Shown: positions 26,679-43,540, counted from the stretch's first letter. The stretch: DNA of 64,000 nucleotides from Octopus vulgaris (GCA_951406725.2 OX597820.1:119660001-119724000); one strand, 5' to 3'. Notes: generated from the letters alone by a model not told the origin. A program made the numbers and translations.

Positions 26679-27219
26679 ATATGTATATATTTGGCGGGGA
26701 GCTACACAAGTATCTGAAAAACCTAGGATTTAATGCGTCAGCACTTATCTAAGCCGGAACAGAGATTACATAGCATTTGTGTATACAGCTAAAATTAAAA
26801 TTAGTCTGTGCATCGCAGTGTAAATCAGTATACTTTGCTGGTGCTATTTTACAAACGATCAGTTAGTTGCCTGAAACGGACGTGATGAAATGAAAAAGAA
26901 AATAGGAAAACTATCATGTGATAAATAGAAATGTTTATTGGTCAATATATAACATGGGAGCCGATATATTTATATCTTATATGTGAGTCATTTTATCGAA
27001 ATATTTGAAATAATCCTTTGAAAGCATACCCTAACGTGCTTCAGTTACAATAGCGGAAGCAAACAGAAAAAAGTATGAGTGTTTAGTCTCTATAACAAAT
27101 CATAAAATTAATGTCGTCTTACAATGAGATAACATTGTTCTCTTGTCAAAAGTAAATCAACTTGAATTTCATAAAATTGCCAAATTCATAACAGCATTGT
27201 AACACGTAAACAAGTGTAC

Positions 27220-27381
27220 ATGTATGTATGTATGTATGTATGTATGTATGTATGTATGTATGTATGTATGTATGTATGTATGTATGTATGTATGTATGTA
27301 TGTATGTATGTATGTATGTATGTATGTATGTATGTATGTATGTATGTATGTATATGTATTATGTGTATGTATGTATGTATG

Positions 27382-27413
<32 letters not shown>

Positions 27414-27847
27414 TGTATGTATGTATGTATGTATGTATGTATGTATGTATGTATGTATGTATGTATTTATGTTTGTATGTATGTATGTATGTATGTGTGT
27501 TTGTGTTTGTATGCATGTATATATGATTGTATGTATATGTATGTATGTGTGTGTATATATGTATGTATATATGTATGTATGTATGCATATATGTATTTAT
27601 GCATGTATGTGTATGTGTGTATGTATATATGTGTGTGTATGTATGCATTTATGTATGTAAGTATATGTGTATGTATGTATGTATGAATAAATGTGTGTGT
27701 ATGCATGTATGTGTGTATATATGTATGTATGTATATATGTATGTATGTATGAATGTATGTATGTATGTATGCATGTATGTATGTATGTATGTATGCATGC
27801 ATGTATGTATGTATGTATGTATGTATGTATGTACGTATGTATGTATG
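27220..27847. repeat. (TATG)n tetranucleotide microsatellite
   Basis: Directly visible. It is the source of the MYVC/HTYI ORFs. Confidence 0.97.
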
Positions 27848-28067
27848 CTTCTTTTGCCTATTTCTTCCATATTCTGTGTATATGTGCATAGCTTCGTATG
27901 TGTATGGGAGTGGATGTACAGAGACTGAGCGGCCTTTAAAGTCCTTTCCCAATCGATCCTCTATCTATTCTCTTTTAATACTATCCAACTACTAGCACAT
28001 ATTGTCAATCTCTGTTGTAACACGAGGAGGACTATAGCATGCATAAATGTAATGTATTAGGGCCAGC

Positions 28068-28352
28068 ACCTCAGCGTCGGCTGCGGGGTCATTCCGAAAA
28101 GCTCTCTCTGCGACGATTTCATCTCAGTCGAAGGAGAGGGGCTTTCTCCGTCTGGGTTGCGGATCCGTGGAACAAGCTGCCAGACGAGATGGTGAAGATG
28201 CCGACGACCGCTTTGTTCAAAGTCTCCCTTAACCTCAAGTGGCCTGAACTCTTTACATGAACACCACCCTGTACATAACTCCATGTCCCTCTACATGGCC
28301 TTGCTTTTTGCTTTTTGAGCCAAAGAATTAACTAACTAACTAACTAACTAAG
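28068..28352 (+). mobile_element. CR1-type LINE 3' end with (TAAC)n tail
   Basis: RRLRGHSEKLSLRRFHLSRRRGAFSVWVADPWNKLPDEMVKMPTTALFKVSLNLKWPELFT* (RGH.xKL...FSxRV..WNxLP motif), with the tail at 28329-28352. Confidence 0.9.
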
Positions 28353-28865
28353 CATTCTATTTATCGTTGCCGGCACTGAGGAATTATATTGGATCGCCTG
28401 CCAGTATTTACCTTGAGAAAGGTTCATGCTTAGATTTATAGATCGAAAAGGCCTAGAAATGTGTGTATGAACTGAAAATAAAAAAGTGTCCAGTAGGCAG
28501 TTGATAGATCATAGATTTCTGTGTATACCGCAAAATAGGCAGCAAGTATCCAACATCAAGTGCATTTTAAAAGTTTAGCCCCTACTCATATAGAAAAGCT
28601 GTGGTCAAGGACTGACGCGCTGGGGAATAGATTTGTTTTTCGCGACTGAAAAAAAATTGTTTTAGAATATGGTTCTGTATATCCACGTTCAGTAAGATAT
28701 ACAGAATGCTATTACATACACACAGGCACACATACACATACACACAGTCACACACACATATAAATACGTGCACACTCACAATTTTGAGAATGTGCATCTC
28801 TACAGCTTTCCATCATCACTCCGTCTATAAGCACGTACATACATACCTGCATACATATCAACATA

Positions 28866-29170
28866 ATCACCGTGACCGACCAGGCTATCAGATGTTGCTA
28901 CACATCGCTGGTCCCAATGCGCTTTGCATTGTTTTAGCCTTCAAATGACGCCACCCCGCTGGCTAAGCGAGCAGACCAACAGAAGAAAGAGTGAGAGAAA
29001 GTTGAGGCGAAAGAGCTCAGCAGGGATCGCCACCACCCCCTGCGTGAGCATCGTGGAGCTTTTAGGTGTTTTCGCTCAATAAATACTCACAACGCCCTGT
29101 CTGGGAATCGAAACCGCGATCCTACGACCGCGAGTCTGCTGCCATAACCACTGGGCCATTGCGCCTCCAC
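28866..29170 (-). mobile_element. SINE family C head with tail type 2
   Basis: Matches 13192-13502. Confidence 0.9.
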
Positions 29171-29177
29171 CTGCATC

Positions 29178-29241
<64 letters not shown>

Positions 29242-29246
29242 CATAT

Positions 29247-29316
<70 letters not shown>

Positions 29317-31224
29317 GTATGTATGCATGTATGTATGTGTGTGTGTGTGTATGTGTGTATATGTACGTGTGTGTGTGTGTGTAAGTGTATTCCCAATCAC
29401 ATATGGATTTGGAATGCTGTGGTCTACATCCATCACGCAAGACAAATAAATTCGAACGCGATGCAGTTTGGTGATATTTTTCCTCAATTCCCTTTGTTGC
29501 TGATGTCTTCACATCTTCAAATTGCTTTCTCAACGAGTCCTCCGAGTTACGCGCAGCCATTCAAAGAAGAGCAAATTTGCGACAAAGACTATTATATAAA
29601 CGAATTAAACATACGTGAACTACAACCCGTGTGTTTGTTCAGTATGGCAGAATGGCAGATAATATCTCACAAATATAACGCAGGGTCACCACGAAGCAGT
29701 TTGCTAAACACACAGTAAAATGATACAAAAAAGAATTAACAGATATATATATATATATATATGTATAAATATATACATACATACACCACACGTGTGTGTT
29801 TGTGTGCGTTTTGTGCGTATGTGAGTATACAAACCCATATGCGCACAGACCTGCACGCAAAGATTTATCAAATTATACAGTCACAGAACCGCGCACATAC
29901 ATCGCCACTGACAGAAATAGATGAATATGTGTGATGTTGCACGGATGTTCTTTTGTGTGTGTGTGTTTGTGTGCTCTACTGTGTCCGTACACGTGTGTGC
30001 ATGCGTGTTTGTGTGTGTATATGAGCTAATTAAGATGGATAACCAGCTTCGGAATTGTTATCCACATACATCTATTTATGAATTTCTGTATACATACATA
30101 CATGGATACATACATCTTTATATCTATCTGTCTCTCTACACACACAGACACAGACACACAAATCTATGTACACACTCGCACTTACATTGATATGAGCAAA
30201 AGCACGTACAAATCCATATATATATATATATATATATTCATATGCAAATATATATACACATATGTAAGTGTGTGAGCCTGCACACACACACACATATATA
30301 TATATACATATGTACAGACACTTACATATATGTATATATGTTTGTGTGTGAATGCGTACCTGTTTCTCTGTGCACCTGCCTACTTATATGTATCGAGCTA
30401 TACACGCATATATGTCGGTGTTTTGGTACTATGAAATGTTATATTTAAAATATATATTCTATAGACGTAACATCAAGTTCCCCTGTTATAATGAAAGGTA
30501 ATATATCTTTCGGAAATGTGTTTTACTTTAAAGAATTTTCTTTTTGCTTTTGGTTTTAGTTTGCAGTTTTCGCATTGCTTATATGTTTTGTTTAATGTTG
30601 ACTGCTTCGTGCAAGATTTTTCTGAACACGGAAGAATTTGCAAAATAGAAGCAATTTATCTTAGGTTATTTTAAAATAGGGCTGAACTTTCCTGACAACA
30701 TCAGTCCAATTAGATGTAGGTAGAAAATAGAACGTCTCCGAAAATAGGAAATATAGTGAAAATAATAACATGAAAGTGGCGATGTTGGTATTGATGATGA
30801 TGATAAGGGTAGTGATGATGATGATGATGATGATCATGGTGCTATAATATATTAATACTACTTCTTCTACTTAAAATAATATAAGATGGAGAAGAAGAAG
30901 ATGAGGAAGAAAAAGGAAGGAAAAGAAGATGAAAATGATAAAGAAATTGTAAATATGTATAAATATATAAATATTTTCGTAAATTTCATATATAAAAATG
31001 CAAATATGAGGTTTTATTTTGTTTTTGACAATAATTGCTGAGAGATATTAAGTGAGGCCCGCCAAATATGCTGATGTGTAACTTATTTTTCGTTCAGAGA
31101 AAACGAGCGGGAAAAAGTGCAAGCATTGGTGCCATAAGAAGGAGGAAGCATCGCTGAGAAAAAGGTTTGCATCTCCCATCCTCGCTCTGCGAGTGGAGTG
31201 AATGCATGTGTTTGTGTGTTTGTG

Positions 31225-31264
<40 letters not shown>

Positions 31265-31444
31265 CGTATATTCGTATTGCCCGATGGAAACTGAGGAAAG
31301 TAAAATGTGCAAAGAAAATAAAGAAAATTATGCTGTTAATGGTACATATTGGGAGTAACATCAAAAACACAACGGAAATATATTCCGTCTTAATCACCAT
31401 TACAACAACTACAACGACAACACAAGCAGACGCACAGCAATTAT

Positions 31445-31800
<356 letters not shown>

Positions 31801-31833
31801 AACGACTACTTTTCATTAATTTGTATTTTATCA

Positions 31834-31872
<39 letters not shown>

Positions 31873-32210
31873 CACACACCATACACGCACACACTCACAC
31901 ACAAAGAGAAGAAAAAGAAGAGAGACAGAGGTAGACAGAAGTAAACAGAGGGAAGGAGAGAGGTAGGAAGAGAGAGAGGGTGAGAGCGAGAGAGGGAGAG
32001 AGATATCTATACTTGAATTGTCTTTGCCGGACACATTATTGATATAGAAATCTTCAATTTGATAAAGACATCATCATTTTACATTGAAGTTTTTCAGGCA
32101 ACTTCTCTAATAAAATAAAATAATTTTTGGGTGCTTCTTTCTACCCTTCTATCTCGTAGTTCTTCTTATATTGCGTGCATGTGCATACACTATGTACCCA
32201 TGTATATATG

Positions 32211-32254
<44 letters not shown>

Positions 32255-32399
32255 AACGTATACTTATATATATATACATATGTATGCGTATATATATATA
32301 TATATAAATACATATATATATATATGAATATACATACGTGTATATATATGTATATATATGTATATATATATATATATAGATAGATAGATAGATCGTTAG

Positions 32400-32570
32400 C
32401 CACTACACACATTTTTTCTTTCCTTGTTTCTCTCCTTTTTTTCTGTGTTCCTTTCTGTAGAAGAGCGTAGACTCGAAACGTAAAAGACTTTTTCTATTCC
32501 TGAGCGTTATACTAATACATCTGTTTGTTTTGTACACTACCTGTCTTCGTCTTTTGCTTTTTTCGTACGA
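32400..32570 (+). mobile_element. Penelope-like LTR fragment with variant minimal hammerhead (32451-32486)
   Basis: cttt-CTGTAGA-a-gagc-gtag-actc-GAAAC-GT-A-aaag, with stem I cttt/aaag. The core has U in place of A6. Confidence 0.7.
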
Positions 32571-33013
32571 AGCCCAGTATACCCATCGTGATTACCCGTC
32601 TGATAAGAGTACACTAGGCACATGCATTACAACCATATGTGTACGACAGTGATCTCATTTCAAGATAAACAGTGCATGATTTTGCAGTTGGAGCCTAGTT
32701 AGAATTTTCTTCCGGTCGAGTAGCCCATTCCGCTCAAAAGGTCCCTGAATAAGGATTATTTAAGAATGCTGAACGAAACAGCCATGTTTCCAGAGGTGAA
32801 TTATTAAAACCCCAAAGTATCCCTTTCAACACATGGCTATGATGCTCCCCCACAAATTCTGCTCGTGATCAGAGATGCACATATCGTCAGCCACCAAGGA
32901 ACATGTTCAACTGGTTAAGATCAAACAACTGACAAGCAAATCTGTTGCATTGGGCAGAATATTTGCTGTAGCCCATCTTTTATACCAAGACAAAACAATG
33001 TACATGGTAACAC

Positions 33014-33109
<96 letters not shown>

Positions 33110-33111
<2 letters not shown>

Positions 33112-34075
33112 TAGTTTTATTTTTATAGCGTGTTTTCACTTCACTACCGAGCGCAGCTCTGTGTGCCTTGGGTATGTGCTGTGATTTGTTGTGATGCTCT
33201 GATGGTTATTGTATGGAAAGTGTTCTGCGTAGGATGTGTGCAGTGCCTAGTAGTGCACTTTTCTGTATGTTATATGTGTTTGTAAGTCCTGGTGTTTTTG
33301 TTATGCATTTGTCTGAATATTTTTTTATCATGCCTACTATGATAGGAATTGTTTCTGTTTTCAGGTTCCACATTCTAGTTACCTCTATTTCCAGGTCTTT
33401 GTATTTTGAGAGTTTCTCCATTTCTTTTAGAGACACGTTGTCATCTGCCGGTATTGATACATCAATTAGAAAGCATTTTTTTCTTCATGATCTCTGACAA
33501 CTATATCTGGTCTGTTGGCCTTAATTTCTCTATCTGTGTGTATCGGCATATCCCAGAGTATGGTTGCTTTCTCGTTTTCTGTGACCTTTTCTGGTGTGTG
33601 CCTATACCATCTTTTTTCTGTTGTTATTCCATTATGTTGGCATAGCTTCCAATGTATGTAGGTTCCAACTCTGTCATGTCTGTGAATATATTCCTTCTTA
33701 GCCAGGACTGGGCAGCTAGAGATAATATGATTTATTGTTTCTTGTCCATCTCCACATATTCTGCAGTTACTTGTAATATTTCCTTTCATTACATGTTTTT
33801 GGTAATTTCTGGTGGGGAGGCTTTGGTCTTGTGCTGCAATTAAAAATCCTTCTGTCTCTGCTTTGAGTCCTGAGCTTCTCAACCATTGCTAGGATTTTTC
33901 TTTGTCTATTTCTTTTGCGTTTAGTTTAGTCCAGTATTTACCATGAAGGGGCTTTTCTTACCATCGTTTTATCATGGTTCGTTGCTGTTCTATTTTTAGT
34001 TTGGATTTCATTTGTTTTATAGCTTTTGTTGTTTCTTCATCATCTTCTTCTTCTTCTTTGTGTTTATTAGGTGGT
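33110..34075 (-). mobile_element. R4/Dong-clade RLE non-LTR retrotransposon, 5'-truncated, inserted in (TAA)n
   Basis: KPLHGKY...LKAETEGFLIAAQDQ, CCHC knuckle CRICGDGQETINHIISSC, RHD, RPDIVV, and EKLSKYKDL (PD-(D/E)xK endonuclease). It has a frameshift and stops. (TAA)n flanks both sides (33015-33109, 34077-34173). Confidence 0.95.
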
Positions 34076-34076
34076 A

Positions 34077-35560
<1,484 letters not shown>

Positions 35561-35659
35561 AGTATATTTCCTGATCGAATGAAATTTTCATCCCATAGGA
35601 GAAAATAAAGAGAGAGAGAAATGGATGCATAGATGTGTGTTTATGTGCGTGTTTCTACA

Positions 35660-35807
35660 ACAGTTTACAACAGGTATTTCGGTAAAAACCGATAAAATAA
35701 GTACTAGGCTTCAAAAAAGTAATAGGAACGATTTGCTGGGCAAAAATTCTTCAAGGCAGTTCCCTAGCATGTCTATAGCCCAATGACTTAAACAGTGAAA
35801 GATAAAA

Positions 35808-35808
<1 letters not shown>
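35660..35808 (+). mobile_element. SINE family B, degenerate 3' fragment
   Basis: ccgataaaataagtactaggctt...caaggcagttccctagcatg...aatgactta. Confidence 0.65.
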
Positions 35809-35889
<81 letters not shown>

Positions 35890-36402
35890 CACTTATATTT
35901 GTGAGTGTGCGTGTACTCACACAAAAGTCAAATTGTTATTAAATACATGGAACGCCAAACGAATGTTTTGAATGCCATTTTGTTTCGTTTGCTCGCTCGT
36001 AATTATACACACACCCAAACATACACATATATATGCATATATATATGTAAACGAATAAGTGCATACACACACATATATACATACACACATCTATTTATAC
36101 GCATATAATTTCCATGCGCACATATATAATTGCATGCTTCTGTAAAATAACGTCATCTTACGACTCTCCATCACATTATAGAATTGTTAACACTAAATGT
36201 CTGAATTGCTCTTGTATAATAAAATAAACTGCTCTTGTAGAAGAACTGGCCATCGCATTAATATTTCATAGTTCTTGAGACAGATGGAGATTCATTTGGC
36301 CAATATGCTGCTGTCTTATCCAGTTGACTGAACGGCAAATTCCAATCAATACAAACCTATCCAACACTGCTGTCATCAAAACGTCCAGCCACTCTCCTCG
36401 TT

Positions 36403-36416
36403 AACTGCTGCTGCTG

Positions 36417-36448
<32 letters not shown>

Positions 36449-36540
36449 GCGAATGCTACTGTTGCTCCTCCTGCAGCTATTACTATACCTACTATTATTA
36501 TTGGTATTAATAGCAATAACGCCAATAGGAACCACTGCAC

Positions 36541-36592
<52 letters not shown>

Positions 36593-36688
36593 CATAATCA
36601 TGCCCTCTACTGAACTATTATCATTACCCTTTTTAATGATGCGACCTACTACCTAGCATTGCAACTGACACTACTGCTGCTGCTGCTG

Positions 36689-36776
<88 letters not shown>

Positions 36777-36801
36777 CACCACCACCACCACCACCACCAC
36801 C

Positions 36802-36887
<86 letters not shown>

Positions 36888-36890
36888 AGC
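36403..36890. repeat. Compound (CTA)n/(TAA)n/(CCA)n microsatellites
   Basis: Directly visible. Confidence 0.95.
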
Positions 36891-37584
36891 TGCAGCCACC
36901 ATCCACGCACGTTTTCATTATACTGCCAATTTCGAGATCAGCTTAAACTGGACGTGTGAGAATTCGCTAAAATGTTAATCACACATTGTAGAAGGCAGAC
37001 GGAGGTAATATGATTGGTGTTTACTTTAATTTGGACGCGCTAGAAATAATTAATGACTGATCTCATTATATCCATTAAGTCCAAAAGCTTCAAACTCCCA
37101 TATTGACTACTTACGCTCAGTTGCGCACGAAGTTTTTGCAACCCCCGTCCGCGATGTCAAACACGAGGGGAAACTAACTGGAGCCGTTTCACTGTGACAA
37201 GAAAATGAAAACTAAAAATATGTGTGAATATGTCGCTTATTAGATCACCGCCTTGTCCTAAATTACTCGGCATTTGAGAAAAGAGCATCGAAAAAGAAAA
37301 CAGAGTGTGGAATATTTCACTTTTAAAATTCCATGTGTCGTGTTATCAAAAGTTAATATTTTTAAGTAACTCTCTACTTTCCCCTGAACAACAAACTAGT
37401 TTCAATTCAAGTTCTTGTTCTTGTTCTTGGTGTTCAACTCCAGTCTGTCTTGATCGTTTGTAATACAGATAATGAGTCGAGCTAAAAACTGCGAACCCGA
37501 AAAAGCTGATGTTCACAGATATATTCTAGTTTTACGAATGTTAAGATATTATTAAGATATTATTATCAGTATATGATATTATTA

Positions 37585-38000
37585 TAGGCCTAGGAGTGGC
37601 TGTGTGGTAAGTAGCTTGTTTACCAACAACATGGTTCTGGGTTCAGTCCCACTGCGTGGCATCTTGGGTTAGTGTCTTCTACTATAGCCTCGGGTCGATC
37701 AAAGCCTTGTGAGTGGATTTGATAGACGGAAACTGGAAGAAGCCCGTCGTATATATGTATATGTATGTGCGTGTGTGTGTTTGTGTGTCTGTGTTTGTCC
37801 TCCCAGCATTGCTTGACAACCGATGCTGGTGTGTTTATGTCCCCGTTACTTAGCGGTTCGGCAAAAGAGACCGATAGAATAAGTACTGGGCTTACAAAAG
37901 AATAAGTCCCGGGGTCGAGTTGCTCGATTAAAGGCGGTGCTCCAGCATGGCCGCAGTCAAATGACTGAAACATGTAAAAGAGTCAAAGAGTAAAGAGAGA
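37585..38000 (+). mobile_element. SINE family B, full length
   Basis: Complete head-to-tail match. Confidence 0.95.
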
Positions 38001-38059
38001 GAGTACCGCAGGAGCGGCCGTGTGGTAAATGGCTTACTTACCAACCACATGGTCCTTTA

Positions 38060-38236
38060 TATATACATATATACGACGGGCTTCTTTCAGTTTCCGTTTA
38101 CCAAATCCACTCAGAAGGATTTGGACGGCCAGAGGCTATAGTAGAAGACACTTTCCTAAGGTGCCACGCAGTGGAACTGAACCCAGGACCATGTGGTTGA
38201 TAAGTAAGCTATTTACCACACAGCCCCTCCTGCGCC
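38060..38236 (-). mobile_element. SINE family B, 5' half (inverted relative to the 37585 copy)
   Basis: cgacgggcttctttcagtttcc...ccacacagcccctcctgcgcc. Confidence 0.9.
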
Positions 38237-38303
38237 ATGGTACTGATAATAATATCTTATTAATATCTTAACATTCGTAAAACTATAATATATATAAATA
38301 TAT

Positions 38304-38482
<179 letters not shown>

Positions 38483-38489
38483 TATATAT

Positions 38490-38700
38490 ATATATGTATG
38501 TTTGTGTCTGTGTTTGTCCCCCCAACAGCGCTTGACAACCGATACTGGCGTGTTTACGTCCCCGTAACTCAGCGGTTCGGTGTAAGTGTCCGATAGAATA
38601 AGTACTAGGCTTACAAAGAATATGCTGTGGGGGATCGATTTGCTCGACGAAAGGCGGTGCTCCAGCATGGCCGCAGTCAAATGACTGAAAGAGAAAAGAA
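38490..38700 (+). mobile_element. SINE family B, 3' half
   Basis: gtttgtccccccaacagcgcttgacaacc...ggcggtgctccagcatggccgcagtcaaatgactgaaa. Confidence 0.9.
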
Positions 38701-39404
38701 TAATATGTGCAGTAATATCATTTGATGTTGCAACTATTGTTGAGAGTATAGTTGAAGAATCTGGATACGCTGCCTCCGTCAGCATATCAAGAACCTTTAG
38801 AAACCGCTGAACAATATTCTGCCTTCATCCATTTTACCTTCTTTAAAAATGAATATGTACAATGTTTTACTGGACGTCAATTAGCTTTCTTCCACTTACA
38901 TTGAAACTAGTCAAAATAATTCTTGCCATTGTCACAGCCTCTTTCTTTTAGCTTAATAGATGCCACATTGCATTTGAGGACAAGGTGTTCACTAAAATGT
39001 TAAACAAAGCAGACAAATTTGCCGTAAAATATATAGACTCTTAACGTTTATATTCCAGCTGTTGTAATGATTACTAATATTTCAGCTCTGATGGAACGGA
39101 TCTTAGGTCAAATGAAGTGAAAATCCGGCCAAGAACCACAGTACTCGGTATACTGACCTGAATGAGATTTGAAGGATATTTTGCGAATGTTGCTTGCAGG
39201 CCACGTGAATAAGTAAAGACTATCCTCGTTCGTTTGAATTTTTAGTCTTTTCAAACTATTGAATTGTTCTTGAGTTTGCGCATCTTGTTTGCTCTAGGAG
39301 CTAACCGAAATTCTAGCAAATAGACTTTATGGGTTCATATGATGTTACCCTCGTCACTTGACCAAAATCTACCGTTGATCTATAAATCAAGTTTCATATA
39401 GCAT

Positions 39405-39732
39405 CAATATACTACTGTGATTGCATTTCAATACTCACTTTTCTGTATATGAGCTGTGGTTTTTTGTTTAAATAGTTAAAACTGAAGGTATATCGTCGAG
39501 TCCCGTATAGCCGTGGCGCGTGTCAACACGTTCGTGGATAAAGTGTGTTTGGCATAAGCAAGAGCGATCAAATACACCACGTTGTTAGATCAAAATTTTG
39601 GGTCTAATATCCATGAACGAGTGAATCAGATTAATCTGGAATCTCATTCCTTTCGCTCAGCTCTAAAGACAGGCAATATAATACGAACTCGTCTTGACAT
39701 AATATCTAAAAAAAAAAACCTATCTTAAATAC
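39405..39732. repeat. Unclassified interspersed repeat, copy 2 (two internal deletions relative to copy 1)
   Basis: Matches 34596-35036. Confidence 0.85.
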
Positions 39733-39825
39733 TTCAAAACTAGTTCCTTCTATTTCCAATTCAAATATCGTTCTGACCAAGTAAGCGAACATTGATTTTC
39801 GATCACTTTAAACGAAAACATCAAC

Positions 39826-40220
39826 TAGGCGCAGGAGTGGCTGTGTGGTAAGTAGCTTGTTTACCAACCACATGGTTCCGGGTTCAGTCCCACTACGTGG
39901 CACCTTGGGTAAGTGTCTTCTACTATAGCCTCGGGCCGACCAAAGCCTTGTGAGTGGATTTGGTAGACGGAATCTGAAAGAATCCCGTCGTATATATGTA
40001 TGTATATATATATGTATGTGTGTGTGTTTGTGTGTCTGTGTTTGTCCCCCTAGCATTGCTTGACAACCGATGCTGGTGTGTTTATGTCCCCGTCACTTAG
40101 CGGTTCGGAAAAATGAGACCGATAGAATAAGTACTGGGCTTACAAAGAATAAGTCCCGGGGTCGAGTTGCTCGATTAAAGGCGGTGCTCCAGCATGGTCG
40201 CAGTCAAATGACTCAAACAA
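39826..40220 (+). mobile_element. SINE family B, full length
   Basis: taggcgcaggagtggctgtgtggtaag ... cagtcaaatgactcaaacaa. Confidence 0.95.
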
Positions 40221-42158
40221 AAATCAGCAATAGAACGAATGCAATATCTCGTTGTTTTGGTTTTGTTGGAGATGTATCTGACGAGAGGATAAAATTGTTG
40301 AACGCATGAGCGATAGAAGACGTATTATAACGTGAACCACATATCACTTCCATTTCTCTTAATACTCAGCAACACTTTTGCTGTTACCAATATCACTGCC
40401 TGATACACTTTTATAATGTTAACTGTGTAGTGGAGAGAATATATAATGTTCATTGTCACCCTGAATTCAAAATTTATAACTATATCAGAGACCGCAACAG
40501 GTTTTCCAACATCTATTACAGGCTGGTCCAAAACTTTCAATTCATCTCAGCAAAGAAATGAAATACTTGATCTCAGAGCATATTTGTTGTTCCATGTCAC
40601 ACTAAATAGGTCAGTTCAATAATCAAAGGGTTTCTAGCCATGTTGATGTCAACCATTAGCATACATAAAGACATGTCATGGACTTATCCTAAGTGTCTTT
40701 CCATTCCTTTTTGACGAAGATGTTCTTCAAACACAATATACATATAACTAGTTGCTTTAACAATATATAAACGTTCTCATTGATTTGGCATTAAATGATA
40801 GCTTTTGAGAAAATTTAAGCCGAGGTCAAACTCATTGATCAATCGTAGGAACAATAGATGTACAATTTTGATGATCCCCTATTTATTCTAATTCCTAGAA
40901 GTGCCTTATCCGGTGTCGTATTCAATTTCATGAGACCCCGAACATGGTAAGAATGATATTTGGCCGATCGTGAAATCGCGTTAAGACATCCACAAGCGTG
41001 TTGCTAACTGACGGTCACTGTAAACAAGTTGGCTCTGCTTTAACAAGAGCAGCTGAATACGACATTTTGACCCTCCTATAAATGAATATGCTTCCGCTTT
41101 CCTTATAAACAAAAAGGTAATAAAATTAAAACGGTAACTATAAGACTTATTGTCACCTTTTGATTGAGAACACAAGGTTTGGTAATGTCTAATACGGATA
41201 AACTAATAATCTGGTATTGTGCTTCCAGTTTTCTAGTTATACACATTATATCTCTGTAATTAGGTGATTAGACTATAGAGAATTATAAGCAAGACGCTTT
41301 TTACTCACCGACCGGATGGTGATATCGAAGAACTTTCCTCTATCTCAAGACATAAAGTTTCGATATTCACATTATAAAACGTTTCCTCATTTATGTATTT
41401 TCACAAAATATTCAAAGACAAACTGTTCCGCTAAATTGTCTATCAGCCTCTAGGGTGTCAAACCAAACAAAGAACTTCTACAAGATGTCTAAGTCTTCAA
41501 CAGATACCAGAAAGTAGCTTTCAAATCACAGATTACTCTATTTGTAGAAACTAGATGTGTATGGTTCGTAATGAAATAAAATGTTCTTCAAATAGGTGAT
41601 TTCAGTTTGGGTATAGATTCCGCAAAATAGAACAAAATAGAATACTACTGATACTATTTCACATTAAATGGATGAACACTGTATTCGAATTAATAGTTCT
41701 TATTTGCAGTGAAATCCTTAAGATATCGGCAAATCTTGGCTTTATTAAGACTTAAAAGTGTTTACATTATTTTCATCGTTTCTATGGCTGGACTACGGCT
41801 ATTTTGGGAATGAGTCAATTTTATGATTTCTGCTTTCTTCACCTTGCTTCTAAACATTAATTATGGTAATTTTCAATATCTGGCGCAAACAAGTCAATAT
41901 TGTTGATTGTATTTTAGTTAAAGCTATAGTTTTAATAAGGCCTGTCCAGAGTTGCTTCTCTGAGGTATTTCCCATTGATAACAACTAATGAGCCAGAAAC
42001 ACGGATGTCTGGGGATCCTGACAGTCGTCGACACTGGACAGATATTCTGTTTTTACACCTTTTTGGCATAAAAGAAAATTTCGTCCATGGTAACTGCAGT
42101 GAATTTGCCTTTTAGCAGTTGAAATATGTCACAAACGTATTTTGACTAACCAAAAACT

Positions 42159-42196
<38 letters not shown>

Positions 42197-42261
42197 TATA
42201 GATGTACGTAATACACACACACATACACATATACTTCCACACACACACACAACACACATGG

Positions 42262-42313
<52 letters not shown>

Positions 42314-42342
42314 CATATATACATATATACATATATATACAC

Positions 42343-42388
<46 letters not shown>

Positions 42389-42879
42389 TGTGGGGCTATG
42401 TGTATGCCTGTGTCTGTATCTGTGTACAAAGTTTCCGTTCAGCACGCGGAAACAACCAGACGGTGGTCAGTCTCCTTTTACAACAATAGATAATCTTGGA
42501 AAACTTCTTTTTGAGGTATCACTACTTGTACAGTACACTCATTATTGGAATTCTTTTAATATCAGATACTGATATTGCCTTTATTTGTTTGTTTTTTTAA
42601 ATCATCGCTCAGTTAAATTAATTTGTCTCGTCAATATAGTTTTTTGTAGAGAACTTTATATAAATTTCATGAATTTGAATACAAATGCAGATGTCAATGG
42701 CTTACGTAGGTTTTTTTTCATTGAAGAGAGGTAAGTATACGAAGCGCTGCTGATCTAATCAAGTTTCAATATTTACTGCATGATGGACTTCATTAAAAAT
42801 ATTATAAAATTCCAAAACTATTTGCAAAATACCACACCAACTATGTAAGCGCTCTTTTATTAAAAGACACAATGACACA

Positions 42880-43540
42880 CACACACACACATACCAACCT
42901 AAACGAGTGCGTATACGTTTATGTACACACACATGCACACACATAGACACAGACACGCACACACATATAAACATACACACAGCCGCATATACATACACAT
43001 ATACCCATGTACACACACACACAAACACAAACACACACACATACATACACACACACACATACACACACAATCACAGACGTACACACACACACACACGCAC
43101 AAACATACACTCACATACTCATGTACACACACACAAACACAAACATACATACACACATACATACACGCACACACATACACACACAAGCAAACACATACAA
43201 ACACACACTCACCCGCACAAACATACACACACATATGCCCATGTGCACACACACAAACACAAACACACACACATACATACACACGCACACACATATACAC
43301 ACAAGGACACACATACAAACATACACACACATTCCCATGTACACATACACAAACACAAACACACATATATATATAGATACATACACACACGCGCACACAC
43401 ATACACACACACGCACACACATACAAACATACACTCACCCGCACAAACATACACACACATAGCCATGTACACACACACAAACGCAAACACACACATACAC
43501 AACACATACATATATATATTTCTACATACATATACAGTGA
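42880..43540. repeat. CA-rich higher-order minisatellite (units of about 100-125 bp)
   Basis: The anchor catgt(a/g)caca...caaacacaaacac recurs at about 43005, 43119, 43238, 43335 and 43463. Confidence 0.8.

Noticed and set aside
32575-33012. Complex block between the PLE fragment and the Dong element, suspected to be an interspersed repeat
   Set aside because: It is single-copy in the window with no recognisable motif, so it cannot be classified from this sequence.
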